NCBI RefSeq assembly: GCF_036660475.1
Contig: NZ_JAVXAO010000001.1
Location: forward strand, 38,257 to 102,256
Length of the DNA stretch: 64,000 nt
From: Clostridium sp.
GTDB lineage: Bacteria > Bacillota > Clostridia > Clostridiales > Clostridiaceae
Reading direction: 5' to 3'
How positions within the stretch are numbered: the stretch's first letter is position 1; every line of letters begins with the position of its first letter. The position numbers and the translations under genes are program-made. Below the pieces are notes generated by a model. That model was not told the origin of the DNA and made no database searches. It saw nothing but the letters and a program-made list of their open reading frames with translations. Below, piece after piece: positions 19,179 to 29,643 of this stretch.

Positions 19179-20246
19179 ATGTTAATTGAAGAAAATAAAG
19201 CTAGAATCTATTGCACTGACCAATTGAATTTGAAGTTAACTTCTAATGAGATTGATAAAATCATAGATATTTGCGAAAAATATAATATGTCGGATTTAAT
19301 ATCTTCTGCTCATATCCTTAAAGGCAATCTTTTGTATGAAAAAAACTTATTTAATGATGCATTTTTACAATTTAGCCACGCCTTATCTTCTTATGATAAT
19401 ATTAGTATGATGGATAAAATTTATATATATAATAGGATGGGTGCATGTAAAATTCTTACCTTGCACTATGAAGAAGCTTTAGCTTATCTTTGCAAATGTT
19501 ACTCTTATGTAATTGATTTTAATGATGTTAATCTTACTCGTAACTGTATTTTTAATCTAGCACTAACCTATAAAAAACTAGGTGAATTTGATAATGCAAT
19601 TATATATATTGATAAACTTTTAGACCTATCTGATTTAACCCATGATTTTGATAAATATATTGACCATATTATACTAAAGGCTAATTGCTATATTGAAAAA
19701 AATGAATATCATACAGCTATCGAGCTTTATACTGAAACATTAAATAAATTTAATCCTACCATTAGTCCATTATCAGGTATTATCTATAATAACCTTGGAT
19801 TAATTTATCTAGATATAAATGATTTAGATTGTTCTCTTAATTTTTTTAACAAATCCATTTCCATTAAGAATTCTTTAGATATCTCTACATTATGTCGTTC
19901 CCTTATAGATAAATCGAAAGTTTATATTAAAAGAAATCTATATTCTGAGGCTATAGAACTACTAGAAAAAGGTATAATCTTAGCCAATGAATATGGAGAT
20001 AAAGAATACTTATTTAAAGGCTATACTTTACTGGAAGATGCCTATGTAGCCTTAAAAGATCGCAATAAACTTGAAGAGGTTTATCTGCGTTCCCTTCAAG
20101 CTCTAAATGACATTGATAGTTGTAAGCTATTATCTATATATAATAAATTAACTATGATTAATCCTAGTTATTTTTCTCACGAAAAACGTAATGAGCTCTT
20201 GTTTAATAACAAGTCACTTAAAAATACAGGAATGCATTTTCTATGA
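19179..20246 (+). CDS. RRNPP-like TPR receptor paralog lacking the HTH domain
   Basis: By eye it is roughly 40-50% identical to residues ~75-424 of the 17452 protein (shared blocks include YEEALAYL, NCIFNLALTYKKLGEFDNA, IYNNLGLIY and YGDKEY). It has its own RBS (ggtgag) and ATG, and no HTH coding remnant lies upstream. Confidence 0.75.
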   Translation: MLIEENKARIYCTDQLNLKLTSNEIDKIIDICEKYNMSDLISSAHILKGNLLYEKNLFNDAFLQFSHALSSYDNISMMDKIYIYNRMGACKILTLHYEEALAYLCKCYSYVIDFNDVNLTRNCIFNLALTYKKLGEFDNAIIYIDKLLDLSDLTHDFDKYIDHIILKANCYIEKNEYHTAIELYTETLNKFNPTISPLSGIIYNNLGLIYLDINDLDCSLNFFNKSISIKNSLDISTLCRSLIDKSKVYIKRNLYSEAIELLEKGIILANEYGDKEYLFKGYTLLEDAYVALKDRNKLEEVYLRSLQALNDIDSCKLLSIYNKLTMINPSYFSHEKRNELLFNNKSLKNTGMHFL

Positions 20247-20277
20247 TCTAAAGATCATTAAAATGCATCCTTTTTTT
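20229..20277 (+). terminator. Terminator of the paralog gene
   Basis: ggaatgcatttt ... aaaatgcatcc followed by ttttttt. It overlaps the stop codon. Confidence 0.65.
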
Positions 20278-20346
20278 ATTAACACTTATCTATGCGTTAA
20301 TCATTTCTATGGATTAATATAAAAGAAATTTTTCTGCAATATCACC

Positions 20347-21348
20347 CTAAAGCTTTTTTGTACTTTCTCTCACTATTAGCTTTGTTGGAATTACAACTTT
20401 TCTGCATACTTCACTTCCACATTTTAATCTTCCCATTAAGGTTTCCACAGCAACCTTTCCCATAAAATCTGTATACACTTTTACGGTTGTTAATGCTGGT
20501 GTTAAGAACTGAGATGTATATATATCATCAAAGCCTATAATACTTATATCCTCAGGGATTTTATAGCCGCTCTCTAAAGCTGCTCTATATGCACCTATAG
20601 CCATGGGATCACTAGCTATAAAAAAGGCTGTTGGAATCTCTTTTTCTTCCATTGCCATTTTCATAAGTTTATACCCATGTTCTGGTAAAAACTCTCCCAA
20701 ATATATATTGCTGTCCTTTAAATTATTAATGGATTCCATGAATTTCTTATAGGTTTTCTCTCTTTGATCAATTATCTTTTCTTTGCCATTGCTTACATAC
20801 TCTTCGCCACCTATAAACCCTATGTTTCTATGTCCTTCATCATATAAATGACTTAATGCCCTTGTAACTCCACCTTCATAGTCTATTACTACAGAGTCAT
20901 ATTCTAACTCACTAGGTGAAGAGTCTATAAATACTATTTTATCTGATACTCTTCTTATATTTTGAATTTCTTCCTCACCAAACTTACCTATGGCAACTAT
21001 TCCATCTATATCTTTATATTGTTTATCCCTATTAAAATTTATATATGTAAAATTAATATTTTCTTCATTACATTTTCCTTCTACAGCCATCCTTATAGAC
21101 AAAAAATATGGATCTCTAATTTCATCACCTTCAGTATACCAATTAACTATTCCTATATTAAAATATTTTTCCTTAGCCCTCTTTTGCTTACCTGACACAT
21201 ATTTAAGCTTCTCTGCCACCTCAAAAATTTTCTTTTTCGTGTCTGGGGATACATTCAATCCCTCATCAAAATTTAAAACCCTTGAAACTGTTGTCATTGA
21301 AACCCCTGCCATGGCTGCAACTTCTTTTATTGTTGCTATAATACTCAC
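20347..21348 (-). CDS. LacI-family transcriptional regulator (GalR-like by context)
   Basis: HTH ATIKEVAAMAGVSMTTVSRVLN plus a periplasmic-binding-fold domain. It lies downstream of galM and divergent from galKT. Confidence 0.85.
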   Translation of the reverse strand: MSIIATIKEVAAMAGVSMTTVSRVLNFDEGLNVSPDTKKKIFEVAEKLKYVSGKQKRAKEKYFNIGIVNWYTEGDEIRDPYFLSIRMAVEGKCNEENINFTYINFNRDKQYKDIDGIVAIGKFGEEEIQNIRRVSDKIVFIDSSPSELEYDSVVIDYEGGVTRALSHLYDEGHRNIGFIGGEEYVSNGKEKIIDQREKTYKKFMESINNLKDSNIYLGEFLPEHGYKLMKMAMEEKEIPTAFFIASDPMAIGAYRAALESGYKIPEDISIIGFDDIYTSQFLTPALTTVKVYTDFMGKVAVETLMGRLKCGSEVCRKVVIPTKLIVRESTKKL

Positions 21349-21363
21349 CCCTTTGCATTTATT

Positions 21364-22401
21364 CTAGCTAAATTTAAGTATGGTAGTCCTCCTATATTCT
21401 TCTCCTGGTTTTAAAATCGAAGCTTCTTTGAACTCACCATTGTATCCTATTGGCACACTTTGTGTTTCAAAACAACCTGCCATTCTCGGTTTTGCTCTTG
21501 TCCCCCCACTCAATAATTTTTCTGTTGGAAAATTCATAGAGTAGAAAACTACAGCTTCAGTGTCTGTTATGACCTCCATAGCTCTCCCTGACTCTTCATC
21601 CTTGAAATACACCCCAGTATCCTGATTTTTATTTAGAATCCAACAATGGTCATAGCCACTACCTCTAATAATCTGAATATCCTTAGTTTCATCTATATCC
21701 CTTCCAATTTCTTTTCTAATATTAAAATTAAAGGGCGTTTCCTTAACATCTAGTAATCTTCCTGTAACTATAGACTTCTCATCCATTTCAGCAATCTTAT
21801 CACTATTTATTATAAGTACATGATTTAGTATATCTCTTTTTCCATTCCCAGATAAATTAAAATAGGAGTGATTAGTTAAATTTAATAATGTATTTTTATC
21901 CGTAGTCCCAAAATAGCCTATTGAAAGTTCATTTTTATTATTCAAACTATAATAAACTTCCAAATTAACATTACCAGGATAACCACCTTCTCCATGTGCA
22001 CTTAAACATCTTAATTTTACTCCAACAGTATCCTCAGTTTCCACCACTTCGCCCTTCCATTTTATATCATGAAGCCCAGTTTCACCACCATGAAGTGTGT
22101 TCCCATTATTATTTTTAGTTAATACTATTTTCTCACCTTCAATTATTATTTCTCCGCCCCCAATTCGCCCAGCTGTCCTTCCTACAATAGCTCCAAGATA
22201 ACTATCATTTTCATAATAATCTTCATAATTTTCATATGATAAAACTATATTTTCAAAGTTACCATCCTTATCCCCTGTGAGTATCTTAGTTATAACGCCA
22301 CCTAAAGACAAAATCTCTACAACCATATTGTTATCATTAACCAATGTGTATATGTCAAAACTTCTATCCCCTTTATTAAATTCACCTACTGATATTTTCA
22401 T
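21364..22401 (-). CDS. galM: Aldose 1-epimerase (galactose mutarotase)
   Basis: 345 aa with NHSYFNL and GYDHCW motifs, in a gal cluster context. Confidence 0.85.
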   Translation of the reverse strand: MKISVGEFNKGDRSFDIYTLVNDNNMVVEILSLGGVITKILTGDKDGNFENIVLSYENYEDYYENDSYLGAIVGRTAGRIGGGEIIIEGEKIVLTKNNNGNTLHGGETGLHDIKWKGEVVETEDTVGVKLRCLSAHGEGGYPGNVNLEVYYSLNNKNELSIGYFGTTDKNTLLNLTNHSYFNLSGNGKRDILNHVLIINSDKIAEMDEKSIVTGRLLDVKETPFNFNIRKEIGRDIDETKDIQIIRGSGYDHCWILNKNQDTGVYFKDEESGRAMEVITDTEAVVFYSMNFPTEKLLSGGTRAKPRMAGCFETQSVPIGYNGEFKEASILKPGEEYRRTTILKFS

Positions 22402-22470
22402 ATAAACCCCTCACCTATTTCATCATTTTAAAATTCATTACTGATTCTTCCCCTCATCTTGAATAATGAA

Positions 22471-22530
22471 TTCTAAATCCTAAATCCTAAATCCTAAATT
22501 TTAAATTTTAAATTTCAAATTTCAAATCCC
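22471..22530. repeat. 7-bp-period tandem repeat in the galM/galK divergent region
   Basis: (cctaaat)x3, (tttaaat)x2, (ttcaaat)x2. Confidence 0.85.
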
Positions 22531-22746
22531 ACTCTATATTTATTTTACTAAAATAATTGATTATTTTCACTAAATATTTATAATTAAGATATAGACATCT
22601 AATAATTCTTATATTCATGTGGAGTTTGATTAAGAAAACACCTTACTGCATTCTGATTATTAGAAGAACCTAGAGTCATTTCCGCCGTTATACCTATATT
22701 ATACAAGCTTTTAGTGTTATACGGCTAAACATCATATAAATTTAAG

Positions 22747-23928
22747 GTGGGGATACATGTGGATATAATATCAACGGTTACAAACAAATTTGAAGAAATA
22801 TTTAATGAAAAGGGCCAAGGTGTATTTTTTAGTCCTGGCAGAGTAAATCTAATTGGGGAACATATTGACTATAATGGTGGTTTAGTATTTCCTTGTGCCA
22901 TTACTCTCGGTACCTATGGTGTTATTAATCTAAATGAAACTGAAACTATCAGAGCTTATTCATTAAACTTTGATCAAACCGGTATTTTAGAGTTTTCTAT
23001 AAATGATTTGTCATATAATGAAAATCATGGTTGGGTTAATTATGTAAAAGGAGTCCTAAAAGAATTTAAAGAAGCTGGGCATAATATTAATAAAGGCTTT
23101 GATATATTAATTTATGGAACTCTTCCAAATGGAGCTGGACTCTCGTCTTCTGCATCCCTTGAAATGCTTATTGGAAAAATCCTTATAGATTCTTTCCAAT
23201 TAAATATGAGCAAGGTTGATTTAGCTCTCCTTGGTAAAAGAGTTGAAAATAATTATATCGGAGTTAATAGTGGAATCATGGATCAATTTGCTATTTCCCT
23301 TGGCAAAAAACATAATGCCATTGAGCTTGATTGCAATACTTTAAATTATAACTACGCAGAGCTAAACTTTAAAAATGAGAGTATTGTTATAATGAATACG
23401 AATAAAAGAAGAGAACTTGCTGATTCAAAGTATAATGAAAGAAGAAGTCAATGTGAATCAGCCCTTGAAAAGCTTAAAGCTATTAAAGATATAAATGCAC
23501 TTTGTGAATTATCCCTTAAGGATTTCAGGACAATAAAATCAACTATAAATAATGAAATTGAAATAAAAAGAGCTCATCATGCTGTAGCTGAGAATGAAAG
23601 AGTTAAACTTGCTATGATTGCTCTTAAAAATCAAGACTTAAATAAATTTGGAAAATTAATGACTGAATCTCATATTTCTCTGAGAGATGATTATGAAGTA
23701 ACAGGCATAGAGCTTGACACCTTAGTATCTGCAGCTTTAAAACAAGCTGGCGTTCTCGGTTCTCGTATGACTGGTGCTGGCTTTGGCGGCTGTGCTATAG
23801 CACTTGTAGATAATAATCATATCGATAAATTTGTAGAAAATGTAGGAATTATATATGAGAATGAAATTGGATATAAAGCTTCATTTTATATTGCTTCAAC
23901 TTCTGAAGGTCCTAGTTCAATAAGTTAA
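22747..23928 (+). CDS. galK: Galactokinase
   Basis: PGRVNLIGEHIDYNGG, GAGLSSSAS and MTGAGFGGC motifs. The true start may be GTG 22759, 8 nt after aaggtgg. Confidence 0.92.
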   Translation: MGIHVDIISTVTNKFEEIFNEKGQGVFFSPGRVNLIGEHIDYNGGLVFPCAITLGTYGVINLNETETIRAYSLNFDQTGILEFSINDLSYNENHGWVNYVKGVLKEFKEAGHNINKGFDILIYGTLPNGAGLSSSASLEMLIGKILIDSFQLNMSKVDLALLGKRVENNYIGVNSGIMDQFAISLGKKHNAIELDCNTLNYNYAELNFKNESIVIMNTNKRRELADSKYNERRSQCESALEKLKAIKDINALCELSLKDFRTIKSTINNEIEIKRAHHAVAENERVKLAMIALKNQDLNKFGKLMTESHISLRDDYEVTGIELDTLVSAALKQAGVLGSRMTGAGFGGCAIALVDNNHIDKFVENVGIIYENEIGYKASFYIASTSEGPSSIS

Positions 23929-24099
23929 AGTATTACTTATTGAGCTTCGTTTTATTGAGTTGCGTTTTACCGATTACTCAATTTAGCTGAACTAATCCAG
24001 GGTCATATATGCTCTAATGCTCTCACCTATGAAAATATTGTAGTATTACAGCCCTATTAGATATAATATAAATTTTAAATACACAATTGGAGGTACACC

Positions 24100-25608
24100 A
24101 TGAATTTACTTTATTCACTAATTAATAGACTAATCGAAATTTCCATAGATAATAAGCTTATAGAACCCTTAGATGAAATATATGTTAGAAATAGACTTCT
24201 ATCTGCTTTTAACGAGTGTAACTATTCAGAAATTTCAAAGTTATCCACAAACTTCTCTGAAACTTTAGAACAATTAACAGGTATAGCTGTGGATAATGGT
24301 ATAATCAATGACTATTTACATGAAAAAGATATCTTTTCTAGCAATCTGATGAATTGCTTTCTAGATAAGCCTTCTGTTATAAATAAAAACTTTAAGGGAC
24401 TGTATAAAAATTCACCTGCTGCTGCTACTGACTATTTTTATAATCTAAGTAAAAACTCAAATTATATTAAGATGGATAGAATCGCTAAAAATGCTTTTTT
24501 TAAGACACCTTCTATCTACGGTGATATTGATATTACAATAAATTTATCTAAACCAGAAAAAGATTCTAAGCAAATTGCCCTTGAAAAAAATGTTGTCCGT
24601 GGAAACTATCCTAAATGCCTGCTATGTAGAGAGAATGAAGGCTATGATGGTACCATTACTCATCCAGATCGAGGTAACCATAGAACTATTTCATTAGATA
24701 TAAACAATAAAGCTTGGAGACTACAATATTCTCCTTATGTATATTACAATGAACATTGTATCGTTCTCCTTGATGAACACGAACCAATGCATGTAAGTAA
24801 GGAAACCTTTAAAACATTATTGTCCTTCGTAGAGGTTTTCCCACACTACTTCCTGGGTTCTAACGCAGGGCTTCCTATTGTTGGCGGTTCAATCCTTGCC
24901 CATGAACATTATCAAGGCGGAAATTATATATTTCCTATGAATAGAGCTAAAAACCTATTCTCCTTTAAACTCAAAAAATACGACAATATTGAGATAACTG
25001 CTCTACAATGGCCCTTATCCACGCTTAGATTAAGATGCAAAAATGTAGATGATCTTGTGGAATGTGGAGGTTATATCTTTGATGCCTGGCAAAATTATAG
25101 TGATGAAGATCATCATATCCTTGCCTCTACAGAAGGTAATCCTCACAATGCAATCACTCCAATTTGTCGTAAAGAAGATGAGTATTATATTATGGACTTA
25201 GCTCTTAGAAATAATAGAACTACTAAAGATTTCCCTGATGGAATCTTCCATCCTCATAAAGATGTTCAACATATTAAGAAGGAAAATATCGGACTTATAG
25301 AAGTTATGGGTCTAGCAATTCTTCCTGGTAGATTAAAAACAGAACTAGAGGATATTAAAAACTTTATTCTTTGTAATGATAAAACTGCTGAAGAGAATTT
25401 TTCTAAAATTGTCGCCTATCATAAACCTTGGGCTATAGAACTTAAAGAAAAATATAACTCTGATGTTGAAATTAATAGATTTATTGAGATTAACATTGGA
25501 AATAAATTTGTTAGAGTTCTTGAAGATGCAGGGGTATTCAAACAAACTCCTCATGGAATAGATGGCTTTAAGAAATTTGCTGATACTATTGGTGCTATGT
25601 ATCTATAA
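24100..25608 (+). CDS. galT: Galactose-1-phosphate uridylyltransferase (long Firmicutes type)
   Basis: 502 aa with the GalT family 2 pattern including HEHYQGG. RBS ggaggt. Confidence 0.9.
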   Translation: MNLLYSLINRLIEISIDNKLIEPLDEIYVRNRLLSAFNECNYSEISKLSTNFSETLEQLTGIAVDNGIINDYLHEKDIFSSNLMNCFLDKPSVINKNFKGLYKNSPAAATDYFYNLSKNSNYIKMDRIAKNAFFKTPSIYGDIDITINLSKPEKDSKQIALEKNVVRGNYPKCLLCRENEGYDGTITHPDRGNHRTISLDINNKAWRLQYSPYVYYNEHCIVLLDEHEPMHVSKETFKTLLSFVEVFPHYFLGSNAGLPIVGGSILAHEHYQGGNYIFPMNRAKNLFSFKLKKYDNIEITALQWPLSTLRLRCKNVDDLVECGGYIFDAWQNYSDEDHHILASTEGNPHNAITPICRKEDEYYIMDLALRNNRTTKDFPDGIFHPHKDVQHIKKENIGLIEVMGLAILPGRLKTELEDIKNFILCNDKTAEENFSKIVAYHKPWAIELKEKYNSDVEINRFIEINIGNKFVRVLEDAGVFKQTPHGIDGFKKFADTIGAMYL

Positions 25609-25691
25609 ATATACATAGCTTACCTCCCAAATTTCACAAACACAACACATGGTTTAATAGAAAAAACTTCACATATAACTTCAAATAATAA

Positions 25692-25746
25692 AGAGTGTCC
25701 CTAAATTATTTTAATTTAGAGACACTCATTTTTTTATATTTCCTTC
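25692..25746 (+). terminator. Terminator of galKT
   Basis: gagtgtccctaaatt ... aatttagagacactc followed by attttttt. Confidence 0.7.
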
Positions 25747-26115
25747 CCTTTAAAATCATATTATACGTTATTTCATATTATATTTCGCAATATTTCTTAT
25801 TGTGTTTTACGTCGTTTTCATTATATGCTAAAATATTTTTAATTCAGTTATAATTTATTTCAAAATATATATTATTATAATATATAACAGTCAAATTTTG
25901 TAGAAAATCCATAGTATAACTTTAAATATTGTTTACACAATTATTTCATTCTATGATATAGTAAAAAATATATATATTATCAATAATTTACTGATACCTT
26001 GTAATAATAAAGATTAATTATATCCTTTATTATCTTAAAATTCATATGCGTAAACATTAACTTGTATCGCTAATATAGATTATTACTTAACTAATTTCGA
26101 AGCGGGGGGAATTAC

Positions 26116-28347
26116 ATGCCTAAAACCAATAGAAATATCTTCAAATTCAGCTTAATCTTTATCTTGTTCCTATTTATACTTTCTCTATTAAGTGCATTTC
26201 ATATTCACAATACATGGAAAATGCTAAATATAGAAGCTAAATTCAGTTTGGAAGAAGTCACTAAAAAAGGTTCAAATCTAATTGAAAAAGATTTTGAGAA
26301 CGACTTAGATACTCTTAAAATTATTTCTAATGAATTTATGGCTTATCCTGATATACCCCTATCTGATAAACTCAAAAGACTTAATCTTGAAGCAAATAGA
26401 CTTAATTGCACTGGTATCGGCTACGCTGATTTAGAGGGCAACGCTATACTAAGTGATGGTACAGAAGCTTATATTGGCGATAGAGATTATTTTATAAATG
26501 CCTTAAAAGGAAATGAAACCATTGCAGATTTATTAGTTGATAAAACTGACTTAAATAAACATATTGTTGTTTGCTCTGTCCCTATAATTTTTGACGGAAA
26601 AATTACTGGAGTTTTATTTATATCAAACTCAATGGAACAACTATCATCGAAAACTTCATTATCCTTCTTTGACAACCAAGGATATTCATATATTATTAAT
26701 AATAAGGGTGATATTATTTTAAACCCTAATCAAAGTACAAGCACATTAAACATTTTAAGCTCGATGAAAAATTTTCATCACAATTATGTTGATAACTTCA
26801 GGACAGATCTCAGCAATAATGCTTCTGGTGTAACCAGGTTAATGTTTAATAATATTGATACATATATAGGCTACTCACCCATAGACGGTACAGAAAATTG
26901 GAGTTTAATATCTATTATACCCACTGATGTATTTTTTGATAATTCTAAGCAAATCATGAATCAAGTATTATTATTATCTGTTATACTAATTTTTATATTT
27001 TTATGTATCATAATAAGCCTATACTTTAATCAAATGAAAAATAATAAACTGATGTATGATTTAGCCTTTACTGATAAAACTACTGGTTTATCTAATTATA
27101 ATAAATTTATTATTGATTATAACGCTAAATCTATAAATGTTAACTCTAAAAAATATGCTCTTATATATTTTGATATTGATAACTTCAAACTTTTTAATGA
27201 CACCTTAGGATATGAATTTGGAAATAGTGTTCTAAAATTTCTTTCTACTACTTTAGAAGGTATTCTTATAAATAATGAGCTCTATGCTAGACTCTCAAAC
27301 GACCACTTTGCAATATTTTTAGAATATAAAAATCATAGTAATGAAATTATAGAGTTAATAAATACTATTAACAATAGTCTAACGGATGTAGAAATTGAAA
27401 ACCATGTGAATATCGACATAGTTCTTTCACTCGGTATTTATTTAGTAGATAACGTTGAAACCGATATAAATAAAATGTTAAATAACGCAAGTATAGCAAG
27501 ATCTAGTATAAAAGGTAATCAGCATATTCATTATGCCTTCTTTAATGAAAATATAAAAAAAGTATTATCTAGTGAAATACATCTTGTAAATGAAATGAAG
27601 GTCGCTCTACTTAAAAATCAGTTTGAAGTCTACTACCAACCTAAATTTTCTCTTACAACTAATGAAATCGTTGGTCTTGAAGCTCTTATACGATGGAAAC
27701 ATCCTACACTTGGATTTATTAGCCCAGCTACTTTTATTCCACTGGCTGAAAAAAGTGGCTTCATTATAGATATAGGCAGATTTGTATTCGATAGTGTATT
27801 TAATAACTTAACTCAATGGCAAGAATCTGGCTTTAATAAATTGCCCGTTTCTATAAATATTTCTAGAGTTGAGTTGTATCAAACCGATTTAATAGAATTT
27901 TTAGACGCTCTTATACTTAAATATAATGTAGATATAAATTTGATAGAAATAGAAATTACTGAAACTGCAGCTATAAACGACTTGTTATTTACAAATGTTA
28001 TTGTTGAAAAGTTCAAAAATCTAGGATTTAAAATTTCAATGGATGATTTTGGTACAGGATATTCATCCCTTAGCTTCTTAAGATCAATTCCTATAGATAT
28101 TTTAAAATTAGACAAAACATTTTTAGATGATATCGAAACTGACCCTAGAAGCAAAAATATAGCTACCGCTATTATAAATCTAGCCAAATCCCTAAACCTC
28201 ACTGTGGTATCCGAGGGAATAGAAACAGCTGGCCAAGCTGAATTCTTAAAATTAGCGGGTTGTGATATAGCTCAAGGTTTCTACTTTGCAAGGCCTATGC
28301 CAAATGAAGAATTATTAAAATTAATGGCAAGTAATTCTAATATATAA
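26116..28347 (+). CDS. Membrane sensor protein: Cache-like extracytoplasmic domain, degenerate GGDEF, intact EAL (probable c-di-GMP phosphodiesterase)
   Basis: Two TM segments flank a ~250-aa sensor domain. The GGDEF position reads SNDHF. EAL motifs are intact: EALIRW, NISR, EITE, DDFGTGYSSL, KLDK, EGIET. Confidence 0.85.
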   Translation: MPKTNRNIFKFSLIFILFLFILSLLSAFHIHNTWKMLNIEAKFSLEEVTKKGSNLIEKDFENDLDTLKIISNEFMAYPDIPLSDKLKRLNLEANRLNCTGIGYADLEGNAILSDGTEAYIGDRDYFINALKGNETIADLLVDKTDLNKHIVVCSVPIIFDGKITGVLFISNSMEQLSSKTSLSFFDNQGYSYIINNKGDIILNPNQSTSTLNILSSMKNFHHNYVDNFRTDLSNNASGVTRLMFNNIDTYIGYSPIDGTENWSLISIIPTDVFFDNSKQIMNQVLLLSVILIFIFLCIIISLYFNQMKNNKLMYDLAFTDKTTGLSNYNKFIIDYNAKSINVNSKKYALIYFDIDNFKLFNDTLGYEFGNSVLKFLSTTLEGILINNELYARLSNDHFAIFLEYKNHSNEIIELINTINNSLTDVEIENHVNIDIVLSLGIYLVDNVETDINKMLNNASIARSSIKGNQHIHYAFFNENIKKVLSSEIHLVNEMKVALLKNQFEVYYQPKFSLTTNEIVGLEALIRWKHPTLGFISPATFIPLAEKSGFIIDIGRFVFDSVFNNLTQWQESGFNKLPVSINISRVELYQTDLIEFLDALILKYNVDINLIEIEITETAAINDLLFTNVIVEKFKNLGFKISMDDFGTGYSSLSFLRSIPIDILKLDKTFLDDIETDPRSKNIATAIINLAKSLNLTVVSEGIETAGQAEFLKLAGCDIAQGFYFARPMPNEELLKLMASNSNI

Positions 28348-28350
28348 CTA

Positions 28351-28390
28351 AAAGGAGCATTCCAATTTCAAATATTGGAATGCTCCTTTT
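28351..28390. terminator. Bidirectional terminator
   Basis: aaaggagcattccaat-ttcaa-atattggaatgctcctttt. Confidence 0.7.
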
Positions 28391-28404
28391 ACATTTAACA
28401 AATA

Positions 28405-28848
28405 TCATATTTCTCTTGATTTTATACTGCTATATTTCAAAGTTAAGTTTATATATGTTCCCCCTAGTGCTAACACTAAATATATTGATGAAATTAGTAT
28501 ACTTTTATAAAGTTTATATAGAAATATTGCAACCCCAAAATTACATAGGATAATTCCTATTAGTGAAGTAAAATTATTATAAAAGTTCTTATAAATTCTA
28601 ATTACCATTGGAACTATCATAGAATAGACACTCATAACTACAGCCATAATTATAAATCCAAGTACAAATACTAAAAATATAATATCATTCTCTACGCCAC
28701 TTTCACCAAATCTTTTCTCCTGAATTTTAAATACCCATTGACTAAAAGACAACATGAATTTTACCATAGCAACAAATATAAATGATGTAACTACATTAAT
28801 CTTCACACATCTTTTTAAAGAAAAGTTAATAAACTCCCTGTTTTTCAT
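28405..28848 (-). CDS. Hypothetical 4-TM membrane protein
   Basis: Hydrophobic profile. Last gene of a four-gene minus-strand operon. Confidence 0.55.
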   Translation of the reverse strand: MKNREFINFSLKRCVKINVVTSFIFVAMVKFMLSFSQWVFKIQEKRFGESGVENDIIFLVFVLGFIIMAVVMSVYSMIVPMVIRIYKNFYNNFTSLIGIILCNFGVAIFLYKLYKSILISSIYLVLALGGTYINLTLKYSSIKSREI

Positions 28849-28882
28849 ATTTACTCCTCCATGAAATTATTTATCATCATCT

Positions 28883-29398
28883 CTACATATAGGATTCGTA
28901 TATAGTCAATTTATTACCTTCTAATATTAATAGGATAATATCATCATTATTGTTAAGTTTCTTTTTATAAAAATACTTAGCCTCTTTATTTAATCCTCGA
29001 ATTACAGTGTTCGTCTTATCAACCGATCCATTAAAATCTTTTTCTTTAATACCATCCATACCACGCAGTAACATTACTACATCGTAAGTCATCTTCGTTG
29101 GTATTTCCTCATATCCAAACCATTGAAAAGAGTTATTTAAATACTTTATGTCTTTTTCATCCTTATATATGAATTCATTAATCTCATCGCCTTCGCCATG
29201 AAACTTACCTCTAGTATTCTTTAATAGTTTTTTCTCATTAGGCTTAGGTAACTTAATTTTCCAATTACATTCTATAGTTTCTATCTGTGTTGGAAATAAT
29301 GCTACCCTCATCTTTGGGCTTGTCTTTATAACCATGTAACATAGTATACCTACACTTATCACAATTGCTATATTAATCAAGATTTTTTTCAGCCGCAC
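28883..29398 (-). CDS. Hypothetical membrane-anchored protein
   Basis: N-terminal TM/signal anchor then a ~140-aa soluble domain. No family recognised. Confidence 0.55.
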   Translation of the reverse strand: MRLKKILINIAIVISVGILCYMVIKTSPKMRVALFPTQIETIECNWKIKLPKPNEKKLLKNTRGKFHGEGDEINEFIYKDEKDIKYLNNSFQWFGYEEIPTKMTYDVVMLLRGMDGIKEKDFNGSVDKTNTVIRGLNKEAKYFYKKKLNNNDDIILLILEGNKLTIYESYM

Positions 29399-29416
29399 TT
29401 TAACACCCCCGAACCC

Positions 29417-29629
29417 TTAAGCCCCTTCCTCATTTCTATATTCTAAAATATCCCCTGGTTGGCAATCTAATGCCTTACATATAGCATCCAAAGTTGTAAA
29501 CCTAATAGCCTTAGCCTTACAATTTTTAAGAATTGATAGGTTTGCCATGGTTATTCCAACCTTCTCTGAAAGTTCAGTGGAGCTCATTTTTCTCTTTGCC
29601 ATCATTACATCTAAATTTACAATTATCAC
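29417..29629 (-). CDS. Small XRE-family HTH regulator (YozG-like)
   Basis: 70 aa, MIIVNLDVMMAKRKMSSTELSEKVGITMANLSILKN...LDAICKALDCQPGDILEY. This is the typical partner of DUF2975 membrane proteins. Confidence 0.85.
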   Translation of the reverse strand: MIIVNLDVMMAKRKMSSTELSEKVGITMANLSILKNCKAKAIRFTTLDAICKALDCQPGDILEYRNEEGA

Positions 29630-29643
29630 TTAGTCCACCGCCT

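Noticed and set aside
20264-20323. A 19-codon ORF (MHPFFINTYLCVNHFYGLI) after the HTH-less paralog might be its signalling peptide.
   Set aside because: It has no RBS and no signal-peptide-like profile. Its first codons form the 3' arm and U-run of the terminator.
22471-22530. The heptamer arrays could be CRISPR arrays.
   Set aside because: The period is 7 bp with no unique spacers, the repeats drift, and no cas genes are present.
25925-25945. A third ATTGT-N4-ACAAT palindrome upstream of the Cache-GGDEF-EAL gene could be a target of the RRNPP regulator.
   Set aside because: Its spacer length (4) differs from both candidate operators, and short AT-rich dyads of this kind are common. There is not enough evidence to link them.
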